Of a DNA stretch of 64,000 nt, positions 63,925 to 64,000 are shown piece after piece. The stretch is from an uncultured delta proteobacterium (lineage in GTDB: Bacteria; Desulfobacterota; Desulfomonilia; UBA1062). The stretch lies in assembly GCA_963785235.1 (NCBI GenBank), contig CAWAUM010000012.1, forward strand, positions 235,995 through 299,994, given 5' to 3'. Position 1 is the stretch's first letter; each line of letters opens with the position of its first letter. The position numbers and the translations under genes are program-made. The notes beneath the pieces were generated by a model. That model made no database searches. It had not been told where the DNA came from and saw only the letters and a list, made by a program, of their open reading frames with translations.

Positions 63925-64000
63925 TGGCCCCCTCGCTTGTCAAATCAATAATCTCATAATCCCTTAAAGCCGGGTATCTTTTGGTATCGGCGTTCGTGAG
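63917..64000 (-). CDS. 3' end of an upstream gene (partial)
   Basis: Open frame LTNADTKRYPALRDYEIIDLTSEGAND* overlapping the regulator start. Confidence 0.4.
   Translation of the reverse strand, partial: LTNADTKRYPALRDYEIIDLTSEGAND

Overview
A 64-kb chromosomal segment of a bacterium that looks deltaproteobacterial (Desulfobacterota-like; inferred from gene content). It is mostly housekeeping: priA, a complete trp operon with a Trp-Trp-Trp leader attenuator, fbp/fba, rpoZ-dnaJ, a MacAB-TolC-type exporter, hrcA-grpE-dnaK with a CIRCE site, argS, prfB with a programmed frameshift, lnt, rlmN, mnmG, xseAB, engB and two tRNAs. Many single-base frameshifts in conserved genes suggest long-read assembly errors. 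Highlights: (1) a three-gene cluster at the left edge resembling the Myxococcus PomY-PomZ-PomX cell-division positioning system. (2) A complete but RT-less group II intron (57348-58023) whose IEP gene has collapsed to an in-frame 15-codon mini-ORF, plus a second decayed copy. (3) Both introns are inserted after the same CTGCGATAAC target, which belongs to a family of degenerate ~50-bp direct repeats punctuating small cargo genes in an AT-rich island, suggesting an intron-targeted, cassette-like array. (4) A furin/kexin-like surface protease whose stop codon, like that of its convergent neighbour, is supplied by a REP-like palindrome. All calls are by eye and from remembered family motifs; no searches were run.
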